Assembly (NCBI GenBank): GCA_964016885.1 | Contig: OZ024741.1 | Coordinates: 314,960,001-315,024,000 of the forward strand | DNA length: 64,000 nt | Direction: 5' to 3' | Source: Eledone cirrhosa | Taxonomy: Eukaryota | Part shown: piece by piece, positions 1 through 12,164 of the stretch | Numbering within the stretch: position 1 is the first letter of the stretch | Layout of the letters: every line of letters begins with the position of its first letter | Made by a program: the position numbers and the translations under genes | The notes under the pieces: generated by a model | Told to the model about the DNA's origin: nothing | Database searches by the model: none | The model's input: only the letters and a program-made list of their open reading frames with translations

Positions 1-43
1 ACTATCCACAAGTGTTTTTTAGCCTTCATATCATGTTCTCCTG

Positions 44-110
44 TTTTATCTGATGAAAACACAAATATTATTGCATGATGATGTTTGTTTTTGAAATGCG
101 CATAATAAAA
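44..110 (+). ncRNA. Minimal type I hammerhead ribozyme (PLE pLTR/retrozyme type)
   Basis: Stem I TTTTAT(44-49)/ATAAAA(105-110); core CTGATGA(50-56); long imperfect stem II; GAAA(93-96); palindromic stem III ATGCGCAT; NUH=AUA. Followed by (AT)n. Confidence 0.7.
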
Positions 111-142
111 TACATGGAACTCCTTTAACCATCTTTTGATCT

Positions 143-954
<812 letters not shown>

Positions 955-1045
955 GAAGAGAGAAGGGGAGGGAGAAAGAGAGAGTAAGAAATGTGTGTGT
1001 GTGTGTTTGGTACACGTCTATCTATCTATATATCTATCTCTCCAA

Positions 1046-1095
1046 TAGGGGGCTCAAACATACGGCCCGCAAACTACTTTTCTATGGCCCGTGGT
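1046..1095 (+). mobile_element. Possible hAT-type MITE terminal fragment
   Basis: AGGGGGCTCAAACATACGGCCCGC resembles CAGGGGTGTCAAAC..CGGCCCGC hAT termini; no partner end seen. Confidence 0.3.
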
Positions 1096-1135
1096 AGAAC
1101 CAATATTTCAGATTCCATTACAACTGGTGAAAAAA

Positions 1136-1350
1136 AGGCGGTGAGCTGCTGGAATCGTTAGCACATCTGGCGAAAGGCTTAGCAGTACCTCTTCCGTGTT
1201 TATGTTCTGAGTTCAAATTCCGCCAGTCTCAACTTTGCCTTTCATCCTTTTGGGGTCGATAAACTAATTACCAGTTGTGAACTGGGATCGATGTAATCGA
1301 CGGGACCCTAAACCCCATATTTCATGCCTTGTGCCTATAGTAGAAATTAT
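1136..1350 (+). mobile_element. tRNA-derived SINE (Octopus OR/CORE-like)
   Basis: Head GGCGGTGAGCTG..GAATCGTTAGCAC; B-box GAGTTCAAATTCC; body GCCTTTCATCC..GGGGTCGATAAA..TACCAGT; tail GCCTTGTGCCTATAGTAGAAA. Confidence 0.85.
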
Positions 1351-1639
1351 TGTAATTGGTGAAAATCATCACCCACCACCACGTTTGGCCCACTGTGCCT
1401 ATCCTACAGGACGTAATGGCCCTTTTATGTCCCTGAGTTTGAGACACCTTTTCTACACACACATACACACACATATATATATATACACTTTACTTTTTTT
1501 CTGTCCCTGGACTACGCCCATGCTGGAGTATCACATTGTTAAGTTATGGGGTCGTCAAGAAACCAACAAGCATTGGTGGAAGGGCAAACGCAAACGCAAA
1601 GACACACAGAGACATATATACATATATGCGACGCGTTTC

Positions 1640-1742
1640 TTTTAATTTCGGTCTATCAAATCCCCTACGGGGCTTTAGTCGGCCAGGGCAGTGGGACTGA
1701 ACCTGGAAACATGTGGTTGGGAAGCAAGCTTCTTGTCGCACT

Positions 1743-1747
<5 letters not shown>
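1640..1747 (-). mobile_element. tRNA-derived SINE fragment (OK-like), internally deleted
   Basis: Reverse strand reads AAGCTTGCTTCCCAACCACATGTTTCCAGGTTCAGTCCCACTGC (B-box GGTTCAGTCCC). Confidence 0.65.

Positions 1748-1834
<87 letters not shown>
1748..1834. repeat. (AT)n(AG)n compound microsatellite
   Basis: Seen directly. Confidence 0.97.
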
Positions 1835-1839
<5 letters not shown>

Positions 1840-3213
1840 ATGAATATAAAATGAAAGTGCTTTTTTTAAAAAAAAGGAATTTATTAGGTATTGACATATG
1901 ATTCTGTAACAGACGGAATACCTATGTATCGCTGCTTGCGTAATCATATAATGTTAGCAAGTATTCGATAGCAAATGTATAATCAGTTGTCACTTCTTCA
2001 GAGATTTTGGATAAATTGGAAAAAATCAGAAAAATTGAAGTATTTATATTAGTTGTAATAGAGGAAGAAGAGAGGGGATAGTATGTGACAGATGGTAATT
2101 CAATTTACTGCTAAACAAGTATATAAAGGGTTTCTAATGAGAATACAATGAGTAAATGGTTTATTTTATCTAAATAAGAATTTTTGGGAGTGCCTATTTT
2201 AATCTATACTTGACCAATTGATTGAAGTGGTACTATGTGGGATCTACAGCCACCTCCTTCAAATCACGCCTTTATAGACATCGTTACTCGATAAAACATG
2301 AAAACCAGCGTTATGTAACAACACTCGCAGACAAGGCTTGGCAGCTGCGTGAAAATAACCAACAATTTAACCTAAAATGGGATATAATAGTAGGGCCCCT
2401 CCATATAACCACGGACAGGAATTTTGTAAATTATGTAATATGGAATTATTTTGTATTATGAAATCCAAAAACATTTTATTAAATAACAGAATAGAGCGAT
2501 CGTTATACTGTAACCATCGCTTAAAATCTACATTTTCATATTACAAATACTACCAGGATTGAACGCCTGTCTCCATCTCCGTTTGATTGTCAAAATACAT
2601 ATTAACATTCTCTATTAGTCTTAATTCTATCAACTCTTCTATTATTTACCATTTAATATAAACTGCTATAGATAAAATGAGATTTCTTAATTCAATTCCC
2701 TAATGCATTAACCAGCTGGCTTCTAGCATTGATGTTATTCAGTAGCAGTCGAAATCTCCCCCTTCCTCAATTGACACTTTATAATTAATACTACTACACC
2801 AAATGACCAGCCCTGTCCATTGTTCAATTGGTCAAGTATAGATTAAAATAGGCACTCCCAAAAATTCTTATTTAGATAAAATAAACCATTTACTCAGTGT
2901 ATTCTCATTAGAAACCCTTTATATACTTGTTTAGCAGTAAATTGAATTACCATCTGTCACATACTATCCCCTCTCTTCTTCCTCTATTACAACTAATATA
3001 AATACTTCAATTTTTCTGATTTTTTCCAATTTATCCAAAATCTCTGAAGAAGTGACAACTGATTATACATTTGCTATCGAATACTTGCTAACATTATATG
3101 ATTACGCAAGCAGCGATACATAGGTATTCCGTCTGTTACAGAATCATATGTCAATACCTAATAAATTCCTTTTTTTTTAAAAAGAGCACTTTCATTTTAT
3201 ATTCATCTTTTCT
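1833..3213 (+). mobile_element. 5'-truncated Penelope-like element with inverted 3' pLTR segment
   Basis: About 390-bp near-perfect inverted repeat 1833-2221 / 2824-3213 flanking a GIY-YIG C-terminal coding piece. Confidence 0.85.
2222..2562 (+). pseudogene. PLE GIY-YIG endonuclease fragment (frameshifted)
   Basis: YYVGSTATSFKSRLYRHRYS..LADKAWQLRENN..KWDII, then RAPPYNHGQEFCKLC..E..LLNNRIE..CNHR: typical Penelope endonuclease C-terminus. Confidence 0.85.
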
Positions 3214-3342
3214 ACATTTTCTCCGGAATATAATTTATACTCGTTGAGCAAACCTACACGTACGCTGTTCGTCTCTAACGTAACGATATATTATCACTAC
3301 ATTATTGATAACCTGAAATGTTATATATATATATATATAAAA

Positions 3343-3975
3343 TAAAATGTTCGCTCTACATGGCTCAGTTTTATAGAATGAACCCTTCATTCTTGCTTAT
3401 GTGTTGGCATGTGATCAGAACTGCAGACACTAATGTTTGAAGGGTTCATTCTACTGACATGGCTATTAGATTGAGGCTTGTTTGCATAATTGCACACGAA
3501 TCGAATGTTATTATTAATATTCGAAAAACTCAGATTACATTTATTGTATTCAGCCATGTAGAGCGAACATTTTCTATTTTATTTGAATGTGGCAAAGCCG
3601 GCCATTTATTGCTCGTATACAGCAAACTGACTGGCCAGTCTGCTGATATGCAAATCTGGCTGATCAGTGGATCTGCTAATATGCAGATCTGAATGATCAG
3701 CCAGTCTGCTAATATGCAAATCAGGCCGATCAGTCACTGTGTATTTTTGAAAATAGCATATATTTTCACTAGCTCTGACAGTTTGGCAGGTGAACAGTGA
3801 GCCGTACTGATGAAGGGTGATACCCAGAAATATTAGTGTCTGCAGTTCTGTTCACATGCCAACACATGAACAAGAATGAAGGGTTCATTCTATTCACATG
3901 GCTATAAAATCGAGGCGTGTTTGCATAATTTCAAACGAATCGAATGTTATTATTAATATTCGAAAAACTAAGTTA
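3343..3975 (+). mobile_element. Non-coding HHR-bearing element with nested direct and inverted duplications
   Basis: IR 3345-3366/3552-3573; IR about 3373-3438/3828-3893; direct repeat about 3438-3530/3877-3970; three CTGCTRATATGCARATC units; related copy at 47060-47310. Confidence 0.65.
3799..3848 (+). ncRNA. Minimal type I hammerhead ribozyme
   Basis: Stem I GAGCCGTA/TGCAGTTC (one mismatch); CTGATGA(3807-3813); stem II GGG-TGATA-CCC; GAAA(3827-3830); near-palindromic stem III TATTAGTG; GUC cleavage triplet (3838-3840). Confidence 0.65.
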
Positions 3976-4092
3976 TAAAGTAACTTGACTTTGTTGTTGT
4001 TATTTTCATTGTTAATTTAATACCATATATGTATATATGTGTGTGTGTGTGTGTTTGTGTGTTTTATATATATATATATATATATGCGACGA

Positions 4093-4328
4093 TGTTGCAG
4101 ATGTGCAACGAAAGATTTATGATAAACTACATATATGTGTTTGTGTCTATATTGCATCTGTATTATTTTTGACCGTCGGTCAGTCAATGGCAACATTGAG
4201 GACCGAGTAAGTTAGATTACCGATATAAAAGACACAGCAGCGAGAAGCGAAAACCAACCAAACAGTGAGTGTGTTCTGTTATTAATTCTGGCAATATTAC
4301 ACAAATATGAGCCTCCCCAAGTATAACA
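4093..4328 (+). mobile_element. Possible solo LTR
   Basis: TGTT...AACA termini and internal TATAAAAG; no convincing TSD. Confidence 0.25.
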
Positions 4329-4338
4329 ATATATATAT

Positions 4339-4371
<33 letters not shown>

Positions 4372-4503
4372 AGTTGAAAAAATTGAAAACGAAATTTCAT
4401 TTCTCACTCTTAGTATGGCACTTACTTAAATGTAAGTATGTATGTATACGTACATACATATATGTATACAGACGTACAGTAGCATGCATATATATATATA
4501 TAT

Positions 4504-4550
<47 letters not shown>

Positions 4551-4727
4551 CATACACACACATATGCATACAGGTACACATACATATATGCACGCATCAG
4601 TTTAGCCGACGTTTATTATAACGCCGGCCGCTTTGTTCGTTTGTTTGTCAACAAACCGAACAGCCTGAATTTATGCCATACGGTGTTAAGGCAACCACGT
4701 CACCTTTTTGTTCAACACTGACACAGG

Positions 4728-4772
4728 AACGATGTACTAGTTTCAAGCTTGTTAGCTATCATCAGCACCGTT
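4728..4772 (-). ncRNA. Minimal type I hammerhead ribozyme
   Basis: Reverse complement of the 5424-5468 motif. Confidence 0.8.
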
Positions 4773-5027
4773 TACCCATCTGCCAGATAGTTGAACGTTC
4801 GAAAGTATATACTTTCTTTATGAAAATTAACGGCTGAGCAGCCTAATTTGCATATTGAGTGAGTTAAATCTGTCAGGCATACCGAAAACGATAAGTTGAA
4901 AAAAATGAAAAAAATGAAAAAAATGAAAACGAAATTTCATTTCTCACTCTTAGTATGGCACTTACTTAAATGTAAGTATGTATGTATACGTACATACATA
5001 TATGTATACAGACGTACAGTAGCATGC

Positions 5028-5141
<114 letters not shown>

Positions 5142-5423
5142 ATACATACACATATGCATACAGGTACACATACATATATGCACGCATCAGTTTAGCCGAC
5201 GTTTATTATAACGCCGGCCGCTTTGTTCGTTTGTTTGTCAACAAACCGAGGAGCCTGAATTTATGCCATACGGTGTTAAGGCAACCACGTCACCTTTTCA
5301 CCTTTTCACGTCAGCTTTTTGTTCAACAATAACTCACTCAATATGCAAATTAGGCTGCTCAGCCGTTAATTTTCATAAGGAAAGTATATACTTTCGAACG
5401 TTCAACTATCTGGCAGATGGGTA

Positions 5424-5468
5424 AACGGTGCTGATGATAGCTAACAAGCTTGAAACTAGTACATCGTT
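5424..5468 (+). ncRNA. Minimal type I hammerhead ribozyme
   Basis: Stem I AACGGTG/CATCGTT; CTGATGA(5431-5437); stem II AGCT-AACA-AGCT; GAAA(5452-5455); palindromic stem III ACTAGT; NUH=GUA. Confidence 0.8.
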
Positions 5469-5747
5469 CCTGTGTCAGTGTTGAACAAAAAGGTGACGTG
5501 GTTGCCTTAACACCGTATGGCATAAATTCAGGCTGTTCGGTTTTTTGACAAACAAACGAACAAAGCGGCCGGCGTTATAATAAACGTCGGCTAAACTGAT
5601 GCGTGCATATATGTATGTGTACCTGTATGCATATGTGTGTGTATGTATGTGTGTATATATATATATATATATGTATGTATATATATATATATATGCATGC
5701 TACTGTACGTCTGTATACATATATGTATGTACGTATACATACATACT

Positions 5748-5806
<59 letters not shown>

Positions 5807-6046
5807 CTACATACGTACATATAATTATACATACATTTACCTATGAGTATAACTATACATTTATATATGTGTATATATATGAATGCATTTATATTAAATC
5901 TGTGTATATGTGACAAGATTTATATTATTTTGGAAGGAAAGAATTTTGTCTCCAGATTTTATTACCTAGGGAGATTAACTACAACAGTTTTTCAACCACA
6001 TCGAACACCAACGCCGGCCTGTGACTGTATACATGTGTATGTGTTC

Positions 6047-6105
6047 ATGTATGTATGTATGTATGTATGTATGTATGTATGTATGTATGTATGTATGTAT
6101 GTATG
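6047..6105. repeat. (ATGT)n microsatellite
   Basis: Seen directly. Confidence 0.95.
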
Positions 6106-6139
6106 CTTTTGGCACGGATCCAGCGACTGGTCCAGCGCA

Positions 6140-6250
6140 TCACTGGTACTCTCTTTTGTTGACTCCGTGGGGATGAAAGGCAGGGTTGACTTCGGCGGGA
6201 TTTAAGCTCAGAGCGTGGAGAGCCATAACTCTATGCTGTAAAGCAATTAT
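6140..6250 (-). mobile_element. Diverged tRNA-derived SINE fragment
   Basis: CTGGTACT..GACTCCGTGGGGATGAAAGGCAGGGTTGACTTCGGCGGGATTTAAGCTCAGA is the reverse of the SINE core. Confidence 0.75.
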
Positions 6251-6348
6251 AATAATACTGGACTGTAATAGGAACGGCTTCAACTATACAAACTCTTGAA
6301 AGTCAACAGTTGACATAATCTTGTAATCTTGTATCAGTAATGACGGTA

Positions 6349-6388
<40 letters not shown>

Positions 6389-6529
6389 AAGTGATTAGCG
6401 TGTGTGTGTTTGTTTGTATGCATGAGCGTTGCTGTGTGCGCGCGTATGTATGCATGTGTGTGCGCGCATATGTATGCGCGTGTGTGTATGTCGTACGTAT
6501 AAGTGTCAATAAGTGATTATTTTTTTTTT

Positions 6530-9500
6530 GCGCGGGGACATAGAAATAATCGGGCAGGATGCCCGATCGCTTAGTTAAACCACTGGGAGTGAAGAACCCC
6601 TAGCCCTTGTCAGGGCATTCTTCTGGGAGAAGGCATCTCAGGAAACTGGGTTAACTCCGACATAAAACCTGCGGCTCAGTAGTTACCGATGATGTTGATC
6701 TTTTCTTCTTTTCGGGTTATAGCTACTGTCGCTCAGAGAGTGGGATTGGCTCAGTGCACAGTCTGTCCTCTCTTTAACAATATTCGTCACGCACAGGCAT
6801 TGCACGAGTGCATTAATAATTATTAATAGTGTACTATTATTATTATTATTATTGTTACTATTATTATTACTCTTTTTTTCTTTTTTTTTTTTCAAATTCA
6901 ATGATGTTCCAGAACAATATAAAAGAGATAATTGGCAATTTAGATTCTGGAACAAAAAGGATAATTGGCAATAAGGGCAGGGTCCCAGGTTATCACAGCC
7001 TGGGCCCGCTCGTCATCGTGCCATTGTAATAAAGCCAAACAAGGCATTTAGTCTTGGCTGCTGGAACGTACGGACGCTGCTTGACAGGGATTCCTTGCAG
7101 CGTCCTGAACGAAGGACCGCTCTTGTTGCAAAGGAGCTTCGACGTTACGATCTTGACATCGTGGCTTTATCTGAGACGAGGTTAGCTGGAGATGGTTATC
7201 TTACAGAATTTTGTGGAGAATATACATTCTTCTGGAAAGGAAGAGATGAAGGAACCAGAAGAGAGGCTGGGGTAGGATTTGCTGTTAAGACTGTACTTGT
7301 GAATAAATTAGAAGAATTCCCAGTAGGGATTAGTGAGCGTCTCATGTCCATGACAATTCCGCTGGACAGAGGAAGATATGCGACCCTGGTGAGTGTGTAT
7401 GCTCCAGCTATGAATTCTGTCGATGAAGAAAAAGTGCCTTGAAAGGTGTTTTAAGAAATATCCCTCAGGCAGACAAAGTCATCGTGCTTGGTGACTTTAA
7501 TGCTAGAGTGGGTAGGGATTTTAACACATGGAATGTAATCGCAAGGCATGGGGTGGGAAAGTGTAACAACAATGGTATGCTCCTGCTGCAGATGTGTGAG
7601 GAGCTGGATCTGTGTGTTACCAACACAGTGTTCCAACAAAAAACAAATTCAAGACCACATGGATGCATCCTGCATCTAAGGAATGGTATCTTTTGGACTA
7701 CGTCCTAGTCAGAATGCGTGACAGACAGGATGTGCAGTGTGTTCGTGCTGTTCGTGGAGCTGAGTGCTGGACGGACCACCGCCTCGTACGCGCCAAAATG
7801 AACTAATCACTAAACGTAAAATCCGGGCTCCTGGTGTTGCCCTGCCCAAAAGATTGAATGCTGCTCGTCTTAAGGATAAACATGTGAAGATGACATTGGA
7901 AGAAGAGATGCAGGCTGCAGATCTTGGTGAGGATTGGCCGACCCTTAAAAAGTCGGTTTATGATGTAGGCAGGCGTGTTTTGGGATTGGTGCAGAGAAAA
8001 CATAACGGCTGGTTTAATGAGAATGATGTACATATAGAAGACTTGTTGGCTGATAAGAGGCGTGCTCTGTCACGCTACATGACGGCAAAACCACAGGAGA
8101 GGAATACGTTGCATGATGAACTCAAGGATGTAAAATCACGTGTTAGGCGGAGTCTTTCTCAGATGAAGGATCAGTGGTGGAGTGAGAAGGCTGGTGAGAT
8201 ACAAACTGCGTCAGATTCCAATAACACAAAGCTGTTGTAGAGTATCTTGCGTGAGGTTTATGGACCGTCTTCTTCTCTGGTGACACCGCTTCGCAGCAAG
8301 GATGGCAAAGAACATCTTCGTGACTCACAAGGAATTCTACGAAGGTGGCGAGAGCACTTTGATGATCTTTTGAATCAGCCGTCTGTCGTCAGTGAAGATT
8401 TCCTCAATCTCATTCCAGAAAGTTCTGTGAAAGTATCTCTCGCAGAACCTCCGACGCTTGTGGAGGTTGCAGTGGCTATTTCGAAGCTGAACAGTGGAAG
8501 ATCTCCAGGTATGGATGGCATACATGCTGAGCTCCTACAATATGGTGGTGAGAGACTTCTGCAACATCTTCACTCTTTGTTTGGCAGGATATGGTCTAAT
8601 GAATCCGTACCTGAGGACTGGAGAGATGCAGTAATGGTGGTCTTGTACAAGGGAAAGGGTAACAGGAATGATTGTGGGAACTACAGAGGTATATCATTGT
8701 TTTCTGTCGTAGGGAAAGTTTTATATAGGGTGCTTCTGGACCGTCTGCTGACACACATTGCAGATTGTGTTCTTCCTGAAAGTCAATCTGGTTTTCGTGC
8801 TGGACGCGGCACTACTGATATGATCTTCTCAGCTAGACAGCTCCAGGAGAAGTGCATGGAACAAGGCTTGGATCTGTATCAGGTTTTTGTCGATCTGACA
8901 AAAGCTTTCGATACTGTTAACAGAGATGCATTATGGAAGATTCTCCAGAAACTTGGTTGCCCTGATAAGTTCCTTGCTTTAGTTAGGTTTTTCCATGACG
9001 ACATGAAGGCTTGGGTTAATGTCGGAGGTAACATATCGGAGCTTATCTCAGTAAAAAATGGAGTGAAACAGGGGGATATTCCAGCACCGACCCTGTTTGC
9101 CATATACTTTGCAGTGGTTTTCTGTATTGCATTCAGGAATTGCGACCATGGTGTTTACATCCGATATCGAACGTCAGGCAGCATATTTAACATCAGGGGC
9201 TTTGCTGCAAAACAAAAGTATTTACATCAATCATAAGAGACCTCTTCTATGCAGATGATTGCGATCTTGTAGCGCACACAGAGAGTGATATACAGCACAT
9301 TTTGAATGCATTTTCTGACGCTTGCACTGCTCTAGGATTGACTGTCAGTCTCAAGAAAACCGTCGTCATGTACCAACCTGCCCCTGGTGGGTAGTACACT
9401 GAACCAAATATCTATGTGTATGGTAAACGACTTGGAGTGGTTGATCAGTTTGTCTACATGGGAAGCACTGTCAATCGATACAGCAACCTTGACAGTGAAA

Positions 9501-10440
9501 TCTCGCTTAGGATTAGGAAAGCAAGTGATGCTTTCGGAAAACTAGAAAGGCGACTCAGGGGTCGGCGAGACATATGCAGGAGGACAAAGGTAAAGGTGTA
9601 CAGGGCATGTGTGCTCTCTTGTCTTCTTTATGCCTGCGAGACCTGGGTCACATATCGACACCGCCTTAAGCAATTGGAGCGTTTCCATCAGATGTGTCTC
9701 AGACGGATCCATGGCGTTCACTGGAGGGACCACATCAGTGATGTCGAGATTTTGGAAAGCTCTATTTGTGACAGTATAGAAGCTCTTGTACTTAAGCAAC
9801 GATTCCGTTGGAGTGGTCACCTTGCCAGGATGAAGGATTCTAGAATACCAAAACAACTCTTTTATGGAGAGTTGGTTAAAGGAAAACGACCTCCACATAA
9901 ACCAAAAAAGAGGTATAAGGATTCCTTGAAAGCCTCTCTGAAAGACGCTAACATCTCTGCTGATACATGGGAAAATATTGCTGCTGATCGTAATAAATGG
10001 TGAAAGACTGTATATGAGGGAAAAGTTGCCTTTGAGGCATCTCGAATCGCATACGAGAAAGTAAAGCGGGATGTGAGGAAGGGCATTGCTGTTGCAGTTC
10101 CAGACGGCGAGGCTCCTCCTATGGTGCTGACATGCAGCGTCTGTGCGAGACTCTGCCTAAGCAAAGCTGGACTCGAAAGTCATCTTCGCAGTCACAAAGT
10201 AAGACCAGTGGTTGACTACCAGGCTGCTGTTGGAGATGCTACTCATCATGCCTGCCAAGCATGTGGTAGAGAATGTAAATCAGCAGGAAGGCTCAAACAA
10301 CATGCAAAAGTACATCAACTCCAGCCACAGCCGGCTATTCCCAGTGAATGTTTTGGTTGCCGACTCTGTGCAAGACATTTTAGATCATTGGCTGGGCTAA
10401 AAGGCCACATTTGATCGCAGCGCTGTTAGTTGCTATCATG
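6530..10440 (+). mobile_element. RTE-clade LINE, near full length, decayed
   Basis: Structured 5' region with GGGAGAAGG..AACTC..AAACCT; single APE-RT frame; ends in (TG)n. Confidence 0.9.
7045..10414 (+). pseudogene. RTE APE endonuclease / reverse transcriptase ORF with frameshifts and stops
   Basis: GCWNVRTL, DIVALSETR, GVGFAV, LGDFNARVG, LDYVL, TDHRLV, SPGMDGI, NYRGISL, ESQSGFR, DLTKAFD, GVKQGD, LFYADD (about 9242), RWSGHLARM; three C2H2-like fingers at 10130-10414. Confidence 0.93.
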
Positions 10441-10508
10441 TGTGTGTGCGTGTAGATATGGTTATGTGTGTGTGTGTATATTTATACATATATATATATA
10501 TATATATA

Positions 10509-11940
10509 TACATTAAAATAGATTAAAATATATGATAAACACAAAACGTGTTTGCATTGCAACAGACAGTCAGCTATTAATGAAATAAACTAATTAAAGT
10601 GAATACAATTTGTCTGTCTCGATATAAGTCAATAAAGACAATCTTATATTGGCAACTGCCATGATTCCTGGACAGATTTAAATTTCAAAATCCAAACCTG
10701 TTCTGTAGACGAATTTGAACCTCGAAACCTAAATCCGTTTCGCAATGGTGGTATGTGAATTTAAAAAATAAAGAGAATCGAAATGGAATTGAAATAAAAA
10801 GTGATATATCCAAATCTTCTGTGCATATCAACAGGAATCCAGTAGAAATTAGTACATTTCACATCAAAAGATTTTGCAAATCAGACTACACGTGTATAGC
10901 CAGACCAAACTAGCCGTCCCGCATTAACGGTGCTAGAAATAACAGCCATATATGCGGGATTAAATATCAGCTCTAACATTTAAGGAGCAATATACTATAT
11001 AATATTTTGAGAATAAGCTCTCAGTCCTTTACAATAATTAAGCTCCAGGAAAGGGTCATTTCCGAGCAGTTAAGTACATTAAAATACATTAAAATATATG
11101 ATAAACACAAAACGTGTTTGCATTGCAACAGATAGTCAGCTATTAATGAAATAAACTAATTGAAGTGAATACAATTTGTCTGTCTCGATATAAGTCAATA
11201 AAGACAATCTTATATTGGCAACTGCCATGATTCCTGGACAGATTTAAATTTCAAAATCCAAACCTGTTCTGTAGACGAATTTGAACCTCGAAACCTAAAT
11301 CCGTTTCGTAATGGTGGTATGTGAATTTAAAAAATAAAGAGAATCGAAATGGAATTGAAATAAAAAGTGAAATATCCAAATCTTCTGTGCATATCAACAG
11401 GAATCCAGTAGAAATTAGTACATTTCACATCAAAAAATGTTGTAAGTCTGACTACACGTGTATAGCCAGACCAAACTAGCCGTCCCGCATTAACGGTGTT
11501 AGAAATAACAGCCATATATGCGGGATTAAGAATCAGCTCTAACATTTAAGGAGCAATATACGATATAATATTTTGAGAATAAGCTCTCAGTCCTTTACAA
11601 TAATTAAGCTCCAGGAAAGGGTCATTTCCGAGCAGTTAAATACATTAAAATACATTAAAATATATGATAAACACAAAACGTGTTTGCATTGCAATAGACA
11701 GTCAGCTATTAATGAAATAAACTAATTAATGTGAATACAATTTGTCTGTCTCGATATAAGTCAATAAAGACAATCTTATATTGGCAACTGCCATGATTCC
11801 TGGACAGATTTAAATTTCAAAATCCAAACCTGTTCTGTAGACGAATTTGAACCTCGAAACCTAAATCCGTTTCGCAATGGTGGTATGTGAATTTAAAAAA
11901 ATAAGGACTGAGAGCTTATTCTCAAAATATTATATAATAT
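10509..11940. repeat. 566-bp tandem repeat (about 2.5 copies) capped by a short inverted segment
   Basis: Units start at 10509, 11075 and 11641; 11902-11940 is the reverse complement of about 10992-11029; flanked by (AT)n. Confidence 0.92.
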
Positions 11941-12008
11941 ATATATATATATGTATATTATTATTGTTGTTGTCGTTATTATAATTGTTGTTGTCGTTAT
12001 TATTATTG

Positions 12009-12043
<35 letters not shown>

Positions 12044-12081
12044 GTTATTAATGTATATGTGTGTATATATATGTGTGTGTG

Positions 12082-12162
<81 letters not shown>
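11941..12162. repeat. (ATT/GTT)n and (AT)n microsatellites
   Basis: Seen directly. Confidence 0.95.

Positions 12163-12164
<2 letters not shown>

Noticed and set aside
3041-3155. Hammerhead-like motif in the PLE pLTR (CTGAAGA..GTGACA/TGTTAC..GAATCATATGTC)
   Set aside because: GAAA is GAAT and stem I does not form; at best a degenerate relic.
6530-6680. HDV-like ribozyme at the RTE 5' end
   Set aside because: Hairpins are present (ATCGGGCA/TGCCCGAT), but I could not build the nested double pseudoknot.
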